64,000 nt of DNA from a virus (lineage: Duplodnaviria; Heunggongvirae; Uroviricota; Caudoviricetes). The translations under genes and the position numbers were made by a program. The notes beneath the pieces were generated by a model. That model was not told where the DNA came from. It saw only the letters and a program-made list of their open reading frames with translations, and searched no databases. Of this stretch, positions 57,030 through 64,000 are shown one piece after another. Each line of letters begins with the position of its first letter. Within the stretch, counting starts at the first letter, position 1. The stretch lies in IMG/VR virus record IMGVR_UViG_3300037418_003103; one strand, given 5' to 3'.

Positions 57030-57587
57030 TCAACTGGTTAAAATAGATTTTTTACTTCTTTCAATCTTATAATCTATTTCATCTTTCGCTTGCTTAATCA
57101 TATCCTGCTTGCCTTCCTCACCATAAAAGTCCCAGCAACTACCGCAATCAGAAGTATAGCCGTAAACATCTCCACTCAAATACTGATTCCATTCCTCGAT
57201 AAGGCTCTTAACAATTTCATAGGCTTTCTTCCTTCTATAACTCAATCCCTTCTGCCTCTTGATAAGTGCAAACCCCCTGAATGAAACGTCCCATCCATCG
57301 TTAAACGGATATTCACTCCTTCCAAGTGATAATGCAACTCCTGAATGTATATACGCATACACAGGAAAGTAGAAGTAACCCTTATATAGCGGTTTGTTTT
57401 CTCCCATTGCATAGAATATATCCTGTGGATCAAACCCATCTCTTTCTATTGCGAAATCCCTATGGTCATAGACTAAAAACATATCATCATTACCCCATTC
57501 ATCGGGACTGGAGGCATTTGTATCATAACATACTTTAATTTCATGCCCCTTGTATTGAATAGTTTCTATCAAATTATTATCATTCAT
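57030..57587 (-). CDS. Hypothetical cassette protein (phage/ICE-type early gene)
   Basis: PVYAYIHSGVAL...EWNQYLSGDVYGY...SCWDFYG; promoter at 57604. Confidence 0.75.
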   Translation of the reverse strand: MNDNNLIETIQYKGHEIKVCYDTNASSPDEWGNDDMFLVYDHRDFAIERDGFDPQDIFYAMGENKPLYKGYFYFPVYAYIHSGVALSLGRSEYPFNDGWDVSFRGFALIKRQKGLSYRRKKAYEIVKSLIEEWNQYLSGDVYGYTSDCGSCWDFYGEEGKQDMIKQAKDEIDYKIERSKKSILTS

Positions 57588-57638
57588 GTTGTTTTATTTA
57601 GGCTGCAAATATAAGACTAATAATTGATTCTGCCAAAT

Positions 57639-57935
57639 TTATTTTTTTCTTCTTCTTCGTGGTAATTTCTTCTTGCCATTGATATAGTTGTCCTTCTCTT
57701 CAAATAAATAAGGCTCTTCTATTACAGGCGGTATAAGAAGGGGAAGTGGCGGAACAAGAGGTACAACCTCTGAAAGAGGCCTTTTACTAAGATCCACGAA
57801 CTCACAGTCAGGGTGTTCTATTTGAACAGCACTCAGAAGTTCAGGACTAGGTTCGCCGACAACGAGTATAGTTTTATCTTGAATGTGATTAAAGTATTTA
57901 ATCGCTGGATTATTTCCTATTACAATAATTTTCAT
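57639..57935 (-). CDS. Hypothetical Pro-rich protein with basic tail
   Basis: VPLVPPLPLLIPP...KKKLPRRRRKK. Confidence 0.55.
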   Translation of the reverse strand: MKIIVIGNNPAIKYFNHIQDKTILVVGEPSPELLSAVQIEHPDCEFVDLSKRPLSEVVPLVPPLPLLIPPVIEEPYLFEEKDNYINGKKKLPRRRRKK

Positions 57936-57963
57936 ATCTAGAATAACAAGTTTGTTTACGAAT

Positions 57964-58329
57964 TTAGTATCCAAAAAGAATGCAGACTAAATTCTCTCCT
58001 TTAAAGCCCTTTATAAGGCTTCTGAGCATTGGAATTGCCGCTTTGAACCTTCTATAAGGCGATACCTTATTTGCGGCCACCATGAGCCTTAAAACGTCCT
58101 TTGGAGGAACAGCAAGAAGTGGCGAACCATACTGGTCTTCAGTTATGCGCTTATCTCCATCATCTGCGTATATATAAACCCTTTGAGTATCTCGCTCCTT
58201 ATCAATATAGGTGTCAACAAAGATTCCTGTTTTGCAAAGATTAATTCTTGCTATTTCCATAACGCCAGCAGGATCTTCATTAATATATTCATCCAAAATG
58301 CCCACGATCATTCTTGTTTCGTATCCCAT
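57964..58329 (-). CDS. Hypothetical cassette protein
   Basis: Start trimmed to MGYETR; promoter at 58343. Confidence 0.7.
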   Translation of the reverse strand: MGYETRMIVGILDEYINEDPAGVMEIARINLCKTGIFVDTYIDKERDTQRVYIYADDGDKRITEDQYGSPLLAVPPKDVLRLMVAANKVSPYRRFKAAIPMLRSLIKGFKGENLVCILFGY

Positions 58330-58377
58330 GATTTTTATTTTATGCAAATATAAGATTAATAATTGGAAGTTCCAAAT

Positions 58378-58731
58378 TTATTCTCCAATTTGATTTTGAA
58401 AATATATTTGATCGTATATGTTTTGAGTCAGTATAAAGAAAGTGTCTCTGCCAACCAAATCGGCGTGTGGCTCGCCCCAATTCATATAAGGCTCAGCACG
58501 TACTTCGTCATCAAATGACTTTTTAAGTCTATCCATAAAGAGATAATACTTGAATAGAGCCAAATCAGCCTTTCGTTTCTTCTTGCTTTCATAAGTAAAA
58601 TAATGAAGCGTTCCCGAAGCAAATATATCTAAGGTGTAATGGTCTAATACTTTCCCCTTTGAGATAAAAATACTCTTACTACCGATTAGAGACATATAGG
58701 TTTGTTCTAATTCTGAATCATTGAATGGCAT
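58378..58731 (-). CDS. Hypothetical cassette protein
   Basis: 117 aa; promoter at 58749. Confidence 0.6.
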   Translation of the reverse strand: MPFNDSELEQTYMSLIGSKSIFISKGKVLDHYTLDIFASGTLHYFTYESKKKRKADLALFKYYLFMDRLKKSFDDEVRAEPYMNWGEPHADLVGRDTFFILTQNIYDQIYFQNQIGE

Positions 58732-58789
58732 TGTTTAAAATTTTATACTTCAAAGATAAGACTATTTATTGAAACAGCCAAATTTATTA

Positions 58790-58896
58790 AAAAAATAACC
58801 ACATATTTCTATGTGGCTAAATGGTGACAGCAATCTTTCGTCAAGATTCGCGGGTCAGACACCCCATCTTCTCCCATATTTCTATGATAAGAGAAG
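58790..58896 (-). ncRNA. Candidate ~100-nt sRNA with own promoter and terminator
   Basis: CTTG-N20-TAGGTTTG (58909-58902) upstream; two CAUA-GAAA-UAUG hairpins; U-tract. Confidence 0.55.
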
Positions 58897-58940
58897 CAAT
58901 ACAAACCTACTAAATTTATTTGATAACACCAAGTAAAAAA

Positions 58941-59180
58941 TTAAACCTGTCCCGTACCATTGGGAATAATATCAGCAACTTTGTTGTAGCTTTTAACTGC
59001 CAGCTCCTGCGGACAGGATTGCTTTTGTATTATATTATCTCTCCATCAAACAACGCTACTGGTAATAGCTGTGGTTAAGTGATCTTTTATCCGTTAGCCT
59101 TCCAATGTTTGACTTCAAACAGGTTTAATAAAATATGGACACGCCACTTGTCTGTTTTTACAGTTTGATATTGTGTCCAT
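58941..59180 (-). ncRNA. Candidate structured ncRNA (~240 nt)
   Basis: 10-bp long-range stem 58941-50/59119-28; 8-bp stem 59135-42/59173-80; UCCUG-UCCG-CAGGA hairpin. Confidence 0.5.
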
Positions 59181-59359
59181 CAATTAAGTTCGTAAGACTC
59201 TAAAAAACTAACTGTACTTCTAGCACCCACAATTAATTCTAGTCCAGCTTCTTCAGCAAATTGAGCATCCTCAATTGCTGTTTTTAAATTATTTGCTATT
59301 ACACAGAAAACATTCCCAGAAGGAAGTGTAATAATATATGATTCTATGCTTAGTGTCAT
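59180..59359 (-). CDS. Small cassette protein (59 aa)
   Basis: MTLSIESYIITLPSGNVFCVIANNLKTAIEDAQF...; promoter copy at 59379. Confidence 0.6.
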   Translation of the reverse strand: MTLSIESYIITLPSGNVFCVIANNLKTAIEDAQFAEEAGLELIVGARSTVSFLESYELN

Positions 59360-59390
59360 TTTTAATAAATTAGCGATTCACAAATATAGC

Positions 59391-60146
59391 TTACTTTTCC
59401 GATACTTCCAAATTCTTCAAATTCATCTTTGGGAACATAAGCGCAATTTCTTCGAGCGTCAGTACAGGAAATTTTTTAAATCTCTTATACAGCCCTCTAT
59501 TAATTCTAATATTATCCTTTAAATATTTTACAATTTGTTCAGGCGTATGGTTCTCTAAATAATAATTACTAAGAGCTTCTTCTGTTTCGCCATAATAAGC
59601 CTTCACATACGTCTCTGCACTTACAGGTATTTGATAGGGTAAAGAATTAATTCCTGTGCGTTCAATTTCATAATCATTGATATTCATAAAACAATACTTG
59701 TTTTCAAGTGTATCAATGATAGTAATGCCATCATTATTATCACCCATTTCAAAATTCTCTCTCATGATTGGTTCATCCTTTAAGAAGAAAGAAGTATTGA
59801 AGCCCTGGTTCAACCAATCGGTATCCTTTGGGATATAATTCAGTATGAATTCAATCTTGCTTATCCTAGATTCTATGCTCATGGGTGAATAATCGACCCT
59901 CGCCAGCGGATTGCCGTATAAGTCATGTGATAGCTTTCCCTTTAAGGTTGTTCCAGAAGAAAATTCCAATAGGCCAAGAGCACTTCCAAGAGCACTTCTT
60001 CCGAATAGCCATTGGTTATGAAAGGGAAGAATTGTCGTTTCCTCCGTTCCAAGAATTGGAGCCCATTCTCTCTTATCTTTATCATTTAAACGTTTGTTGT
60101 TTAAAGGATTAATAATTCTAATAAATTGTTGATGTCTTTGACCCAT
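59391..60146 (-). CDS. Hypothetical cassette protein
   Basis: MGQRHQ.F...DNNDGITIID; promoter at 60164. Confidence 0.75.
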   Translation of the reverse strand: MGQRHQQFIRIINPLNNKRLNDKDKREWAPILGTEETTILPFHNQWLFGRSALGSALGLLEFSSGTTLKGKLSHDLYGNPLARVDYSPMSIESRISKIEFILNYIPKDTDWLNQGFNTSFFLKDEPIMRENFEMGDNNDGITIIDTLENKYCFMNINDYEIERTGINSLPYQIPVSAETYVKAYYGETEEALSNYYLENHTPEQIVKYLKDNIRINRGLYKRFKKFPVLTLEEIALMFPKMNLKNLEVSEK

Positions 60147-60198
60147 GATTAAATATTTTAGGCTGCAAATATAAGACTAATTTTTGACTTGGCCAAAT

Positions 60199-60678
60199 TT
60201 ATTTTTCTCTTTCTTCCTTAAGGATTTCATCAATAATTTCTTTTGATATACGATTACATTCAGCAGTATGTTTTTTTAATTGCGCTGGTGTCATAAGAAC
60301 GGTACGATCAATTTGCTCTATTAGATCCTTATAGGCAGCCTTTCCAAGATCCTCATTAAACTTAATCTCATGCACATAGTCTCCATACACCACATAGCTT
60401 ATCTGATTTATTTGCATCCTGATATATACAAGTGTTTCAGGACTATGAAAGTATCCGAAGCCATGTTCCTTTAACGTTGATTTATAAGCGCCAACAGCCT
60501 TCTTGAACGCATTATTAAATTCTACCTCCAAGCGCTGTCTGGCTTCATTGAGATGGTTTGCCAAGAAGATATGCTCTTCTTTGAACGGCTTAGGGTACAA
60601 CGAGTACTCCAACGGATTCTTAGCTATTTCAAGTAGCCTACTTAGTATCTTTAAATTTTCTGTTGATCTCATATCCAT
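60199..60678 (-). CDS. Hypothetical cassette protein
   Basis: 159 aa; promoter at 60694. Confidence 0.7.
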   Translation of the reverse strand: MDMRSTENLKILSRLLEIAKNPLEYSLYPKPFKEEHIFLANHLNEARQRLEVEFNNAFKKAVGAYKSTLKEHGFGYFHSPETLVYIRMQINQISYVVYGDYVHEIKFNEDLGKAAYKDLIEQIDRTVLMTPAQLKKHTAECNRISKEIIDEILKEEREK

Positions 60679-60772
60679 GTGGTTAAAGTGTCCTGCAAAT
60701 ATAAGATTAATTATTTAAACTGCCAAATTTATTTTTAAGTAAAAAGCCTCACTTTAAATGAGGCTTAATTTG

Positions 60773-61462
60773 TTACAGAGTAGGGTAGTGATCCAACCCC
60801 TCTCGAAGTTGTTTTTTAACTCCTAAGAACTTGTCAGTATTTTCTCTCAGCTTCTTATAAATGTAACCTCTCTTATTATACTTTGAAGTGCCTGTCCGCT
60901 TATCATCAATAAGTTCATCAACTCTTATTTCCTGTATTAACTTAGGAGTATCTTTAAACTCAGAGGTCTCAAATATATTATTTTCATCAACCACGTTCTC
61001 GGCATCAAAGAAGGGTAGTAAGAATTTCCTTCCCTTGAACTCAGAGTAGTAATTATCCTGTCCATTTTCGATATGCTTCCATATCTTACAAGTGCCAATA
61101 TCCTCACCGCTTGCACAAGCAACCAATTCAAAGAGTGTATTATCCTTTTCCATGCTACCGAAAATAATTGACTCTTGGCTTCCTTCCCTACCCAAATCCA
61201 GAACTTCTCTTCGACTTATATTATTAATAAAGAACGGATTTTCTAAAGAATCATACTTGCCTTTAATTTGACGATATGAGTAGTGGCCATTCTTTAGTCT
61301 CTTTTTAAGACGTTCATTAAGCGCATTATTCTCCTGTGCCAATACTTCTATTGCGTTGGGATTTTCCCATGTTACAATACCCAGTGTGCGGATTGATGGA
61401 ACCAACCCCTTCATAATTTGCATCAGTCTCGAATACCCGTCCTCGTTTAATTTTTCCTTCAT
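60773..61462 (-). CDS. Late-type gene, weakly DUF3293-like
   Basis: IVTWENP...GKY..LENPFF...LGRE.SQESIIF; LNE and LRE motifs; GATATTTATA at 61477-61486. Confidence 0.6.
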   Translation of the reverse strand: MKEKLNEDGYSRLMQIMKGLVPSIRTLGIVTWENPNAIEVLAQENNALNERLKKRLKNGHYSYRQIKGKYDSLENPFFINNISRREVLDLGREGSQESIIFGSMEKDNTLFELVACASGEDIGTCKIWKHIENGQDNYYSEFKGRKFLLPFFDAENVVDENNIFETSEFKDTPKLIQEIRVDELIDDKRTGTSKYNKRGYIYKKLRENTDKFLGVKKQLREGLDHYPTL

Positions 61463-61521
61463 TCCTATAATTTAATTATAAATATCGATAACTGCTGCAA
61501 ATATACTTAATTTTAGGTCTC

Positions 61522-62157
61522 TTAGTCACCAATTTTCTCGTCCAATCCCCAACCGAATAGCTGTTGGCAAACAAATCTCCCATCAAGCCAATTCTGTGCT
61601 TCACCGTCGCTTGATACCTCACTTTCAGGAAAGTGATGTTTTAATGCAATGAGTACTGCGGTAACTGTTAGATCGTACGGTCTGTATGCTGTCTTACAGA
61701 AATTAAATATCAATTTATCGTCCTTTCTCCATTCCTCTTGTTTCTCAACGCGATAAATAGAACAAGTTTCATAGCTTCCGCTTCCAACTTGCGTCAGATT
61801 ATTAAGTGGTGCACAGCGCTGAGAAATAAGATGTCCAGCAAACCAATTTCCATCAGTTTTTGAAGAAAGGGAAGTTTCGTCAGGTTCAACCAAATCAGCA
61901 TTATTCGATGGCCAAGGAATACTTAATTCTTCATTGGTAGTCCACTTACCCTTTGGTTGTGCTTCTGAGCCATTAAATTGAATTGTTTCTTCAGTTGCCT
62001 CTGGCTGGGTGTTAGGGTCTCCAAGCCCATTAGCCAATGCTATCCCTAAAACGTTTTGCGAGTAGTCAAATATTTTTTGACAATCATCAGCAAATGCCTT
62101 GAACTCTTCTTTAGTTCCAAGTGTTTCTGGCCTGCGCCAGTAATGCGTGTATCCGAT
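61522..62157 (-). CDS. Hypothetical cassette protein with non-canonical (ATC) or mutated start
   Basis: Frame extends 40 codons above TTG 62037 to ATC-GGA-TAC-ACG-CAT-TAC-TGG (xGYTHYW); FCKTAYRPYD motif. Confidence 0.65.
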   Translation of the reverse strand: MGYTHYWRRPETLGTKEEFKAFADDCQKIFDYSQNVLGIALANGLGDPNTQPEATEETIQFNGSEAQPKGKWTTNEELSIPWPSNNADLVEPDETSLSSKTDGNWFAGHLISQRCAPLNNLTQVGSGSYETCSIYRVEKQEEWRKDDKLIFNFCKTAYRPYDLTVTAVLIALKHHFPESEVSSDGEAQNWLDGRFVCQQLFGWGLDEKIGD

Positions 62158-62249
62158 AGTTGTAACGCCCTTTTGGATGCGCCCTCTTGTTTAGGTTAAT
62201 AATTAATTTGATGCTGCAAATATAAGACTAAGTTTTGAAACTACCAAAT

Positions 62250-62630
62250 TTATTTTTGCTTGTTGAAAATATAATCAATAAGATCAATTATAATCTCTAC
62301 GGTTCCCCATCCCGCATAATCACGTTCTACATAAATACGAGAAGACTTTTTCTCATAAAGAGATGGAACACCCTTATAAAAAACTAGTAAGTACTTTTTA
62401 TCAGTATTTTCTTCTGTACTGATAGGCAGTTCAAATAGGTCAAGTATTTTTTGATTCTCTACGAAACCATAATTTCCTGACATATCAAATCTTTTATGCT
62501 CACTTCTTACGCTTTTATCTCTGTGTAGGAAGTCAAGAAAATTCCTAAAACTCTGACCAAGTATTTGTCTAACCATATACTCTAACTCCAGAGCCTGCTT
62601 CATTTTAAGTTCTTGTATTTTTTGTAACAT
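62250..62630 (-). CDS. Hypothetical protein
   Basis: 126 aa ORF. Confidence 0.65.
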   Translation of the reverse strand: MLQKIQELKMKQALELEYMVRQILGQSFRNFLDFLHRDKSVRSEHKRFDMSGNYGFVENQKILDLFELPISTEENTDKKYLLVFYKGVPSLYEKKSSRIYVERDYAGWGTVEIIIDLIDYIFNKQK

Positions 62631-62677
62631 GCTTTTTAAATTGATGATGCAAGTGTTAGATTAAATTTTGTAAAAAT

Positions 62678-63058
62678 TTATTTTATTTTCATTTTTGATA
62701 AACCCTTTAATTCTTCAAAACTAAAATCAGTTTCTTTATGAATAAAATTATACTGATTGCATAGCTCTTCAATGTCTATAAGCATTTCAGCGTGTTGCTG
62801 CTCATTCAAATCTTTAATATGTATATAATCCCATTTTTTATAGAATTGCATGGCTTTTTTTGCTTCCTTTAATAGGCTTTTTTGAGCTTGTCCACATTCA
62901 ATATAATCCGTCTTTGGCCGATTAAACATAGCAGCTTGGGTAGCAAAATACTTACTTTTGTTATTACTTAGACGATAATATTGTACTTCAAATACTATCA
63001 ACTTGCTAATCTGAAAGGCATAATGGAAGGAAGTTAATTCTTTTATTTTTGTATTCAT
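62678..63058 (-). CDS. Hypothetical cassette protein
   Basis: Start trimmed to MNTKIK; promoter at 63075. Confidence 0.7.
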   Translation of the reverse strand: MNTKIKELTSFHYAFQISKLIVFEVQYYRLSNNKSKYFATQAAMFNRPKTDYIECGQAQKSLLKEAKKAMQFYKKWDYIHIKDLNEQQHAEMLIDIEELCNQYNFIHKETDFSFEELKGLSKMKIK

Positions 63059-63109
63059 TGTAAATATTTTATACTGCAAATATAAGACTAATTTTTGGCT
63101 CTACCAAAT

Positions 63110-63898
63110 TTATTTTTCTTGTAGCGGTATAAAGATATCATTTAAATACCATCGGGTAAGAGAATACACGTCTTTCCAAGATACATCGTCAACACCATTG
63201 GTTCCCTTTAGCATTAAACCTATGTCGTGAAAATATCCATCTTTTACAGCGGTTGAAACATCGAGTACTTCGTATTTGTTGTTTAATTTATCTCCGACCC
63301 TTATACTCTTGATCTTTTCAAACATATCTGTCTTTGCAAACAATTCCAAATACTTATTAAACAGTTCTTCGCAACAAAATATGAAATCGTCTATGGAACT
63401 AAGATCATCAGCTCCGTTCCAAATATTTTTAATAACTACATGCTTCGGCCTTGGAAAACAATATTCATTCCAAAGTGTATGAATTTCATCCTTAGAAATA
63501 ATTTTAATTAAGTCCTCCATCGAATTATCTAAATCGGTAAAGTTGCTTTCAACATACTTGTCGTTATCCTCATCGCTCATCTTCTCTAAATCGGAATGAA
63601 ATGTAAAACAGCCATACTTATTGAACCAGCTGATTTCTTTATTTACATTCTTAAAGAAGATAGTAAAGTGCGTTTGATATTTTCGAATGATGAGGGTTAC
63701 TTCTTTCTTTTTAATTATAGCCCAGTCATAATTTTTACCCTCATCCCATTTAAGTTTTTCCAGCTTTTTTAATCTCTGATTGGGAAGACTGCTTGAAATA
63801 TAATTAAAGGCTTCCTTAAATTTACCACCAAGTTTCAACTCATACATAATATAAGAAGTCACAACATTTTTATCGAAATTAAATATTTCCTTTAGCAT
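63110..63898 (-). CDS. Hypothetical protein
   Basis: 262 aa ORF. Confidence 0.7.
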   Translation of the reverse strand: MLKEIFNFDKNVVTSYIMYELKLGGKFKEAFNYISSSLPNQRLKKLEKLKWDEGKNYDWAIIKKKEVTLIIRKYQTHFTIFFKNVNKEISWFNKYGCFTFHSDLEKMSDEDNDKYVESNFTDLDNSMEDLIKIISKDEIHTLWNEYCFPRPKHVVIKNIWNGADDLSSIDDFIFCCEELFNKYLELFAKTDMFEKIKSIRVGDKLNNKYEVLDVSTAVKDGYFHDIGLMLKGTNGVDDVSWKDVYSLTRWYLNDIFIPLQEK

Positions 63899-64000
63899 TT
63901 TATAATTTTAGGTGAATTTAGTCTTGTTCATTTAATTTTTTATTTAAAGCTATTGAGAAGGCCTTGTAAAACATCTCACCCGCTTCTTCAAGACTGGCCG

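Larger units (their letters stand above)
36521..63115 (-). repeat. Dispersed array of ~45 near-identical ~40-bp promoter elements heading gene cassettes
   Basis: Plus-strand consensus TGCAAATATAAGACTAATTATT-N~7-CCAAATTTATTT. Copies start near 36521, 36700, 37894, 38234, 38945, 39344, 39706, 40198, 41154, 41710, 41963, 42265, 42924, 43448, 43775, 44344, 44830, 45274, 46103, 46419, 46920, 47232, 47728, 48899, 49187, 50133, 50413, 50829, 51194, 51789, 52250, 52937, 53925, 54634, 55434, 55969, 56979, 57604, 58343, 58749, 59379, 60164, 60694, 62215 and 63075. Confidence 0.95.

Noticed and set aside
39798-63079. Recurrent N-terminal peptide MQSKS(I/L)xM in ORF-track proteins as a shared signal peptide
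   Set aside because: Artefact: the ORF caller used the TTG inside the TATATTTG -7 box. The real starts are the ATGs ~7 codons downstream.
36521-63115. CRISPR array interpretation of the ~40-bp repeats
   Set aside because: Spacing is irregular (roughly 180-1500 bp), the intervals are genes, the repeats match sigma-A promoter boxes, and no cas genes are seen.
89-63482. Numerous short antisense or overlapping ORFs in the track (e.g. 89..343, 2472..2801, 7192..7584, 24772..25185, 37103..37438, 48674..49021)
   Set aside because: They are shadows of longer coding genes on the opposite strand, with Ser/Leu/Phe-biased composition and no promoters.
1-64000. Alternative genetic code (stop-codon recoding)
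   Set aside because: Long known genes (ClpC, ThyA, ligase) are intact under code 11 and coding density is high.
1-64000. Integrase, transposase or reverse transcriptase driving the cassette array
   Set aside because: No such motifs were recognised in this window; any recombinase would lie elsewhere or be host-provided.

Overview
This window looks like a 64-kb slice of a large, AT-rich dsDNA (jumbo-type) bacteriophage genome. The host is inferred to be Bacteroidota, from dozens of TTTG-N19-21-TAnnTTTG sigma-A promoters, AT-rich leaders without Shine-Dalgarno motifs, and SC-KKE lipoproteins. It has three zones. (1) 1-24 kb: putative late/virion genes (upstream ATATTTAT motif, L/I-x-E motifs) mixed with thyA, a KTSC protein, ClpC, a CCA-type nucleotidyltransferase, an LRR protein, thioredoxin, an HNH nuclease, ParB-like and PcfJ-like proteins, Thg1, an ECF sigma factor, an ATP-dependent DNA ligase and a HAD phosphatase. 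(2) 24-36.3 kb: a tightly packed + strand run of small accessory genes. (3) 36.5-63.9 kb: a - strand array in which about 45 near-identical ~40-bp promoter elements each head a cassette of one or a few genes. Zones 2 and 3 converge on a G-tract/A-tract element (36.25-36.52 kb). The most notable observations are the promoter-cassette array with signs of shuffling, a probable -1 frameshift on an A10 run fusing two late ORFs, a tRNA-like RNA with a 53-nt insert in place of the anticodon loop, several other structured ncRNA candidates, and a gene bounded exactly by 14-bp direct repeats. All protein calls rest on motif recognition by eye; no database searches were run.
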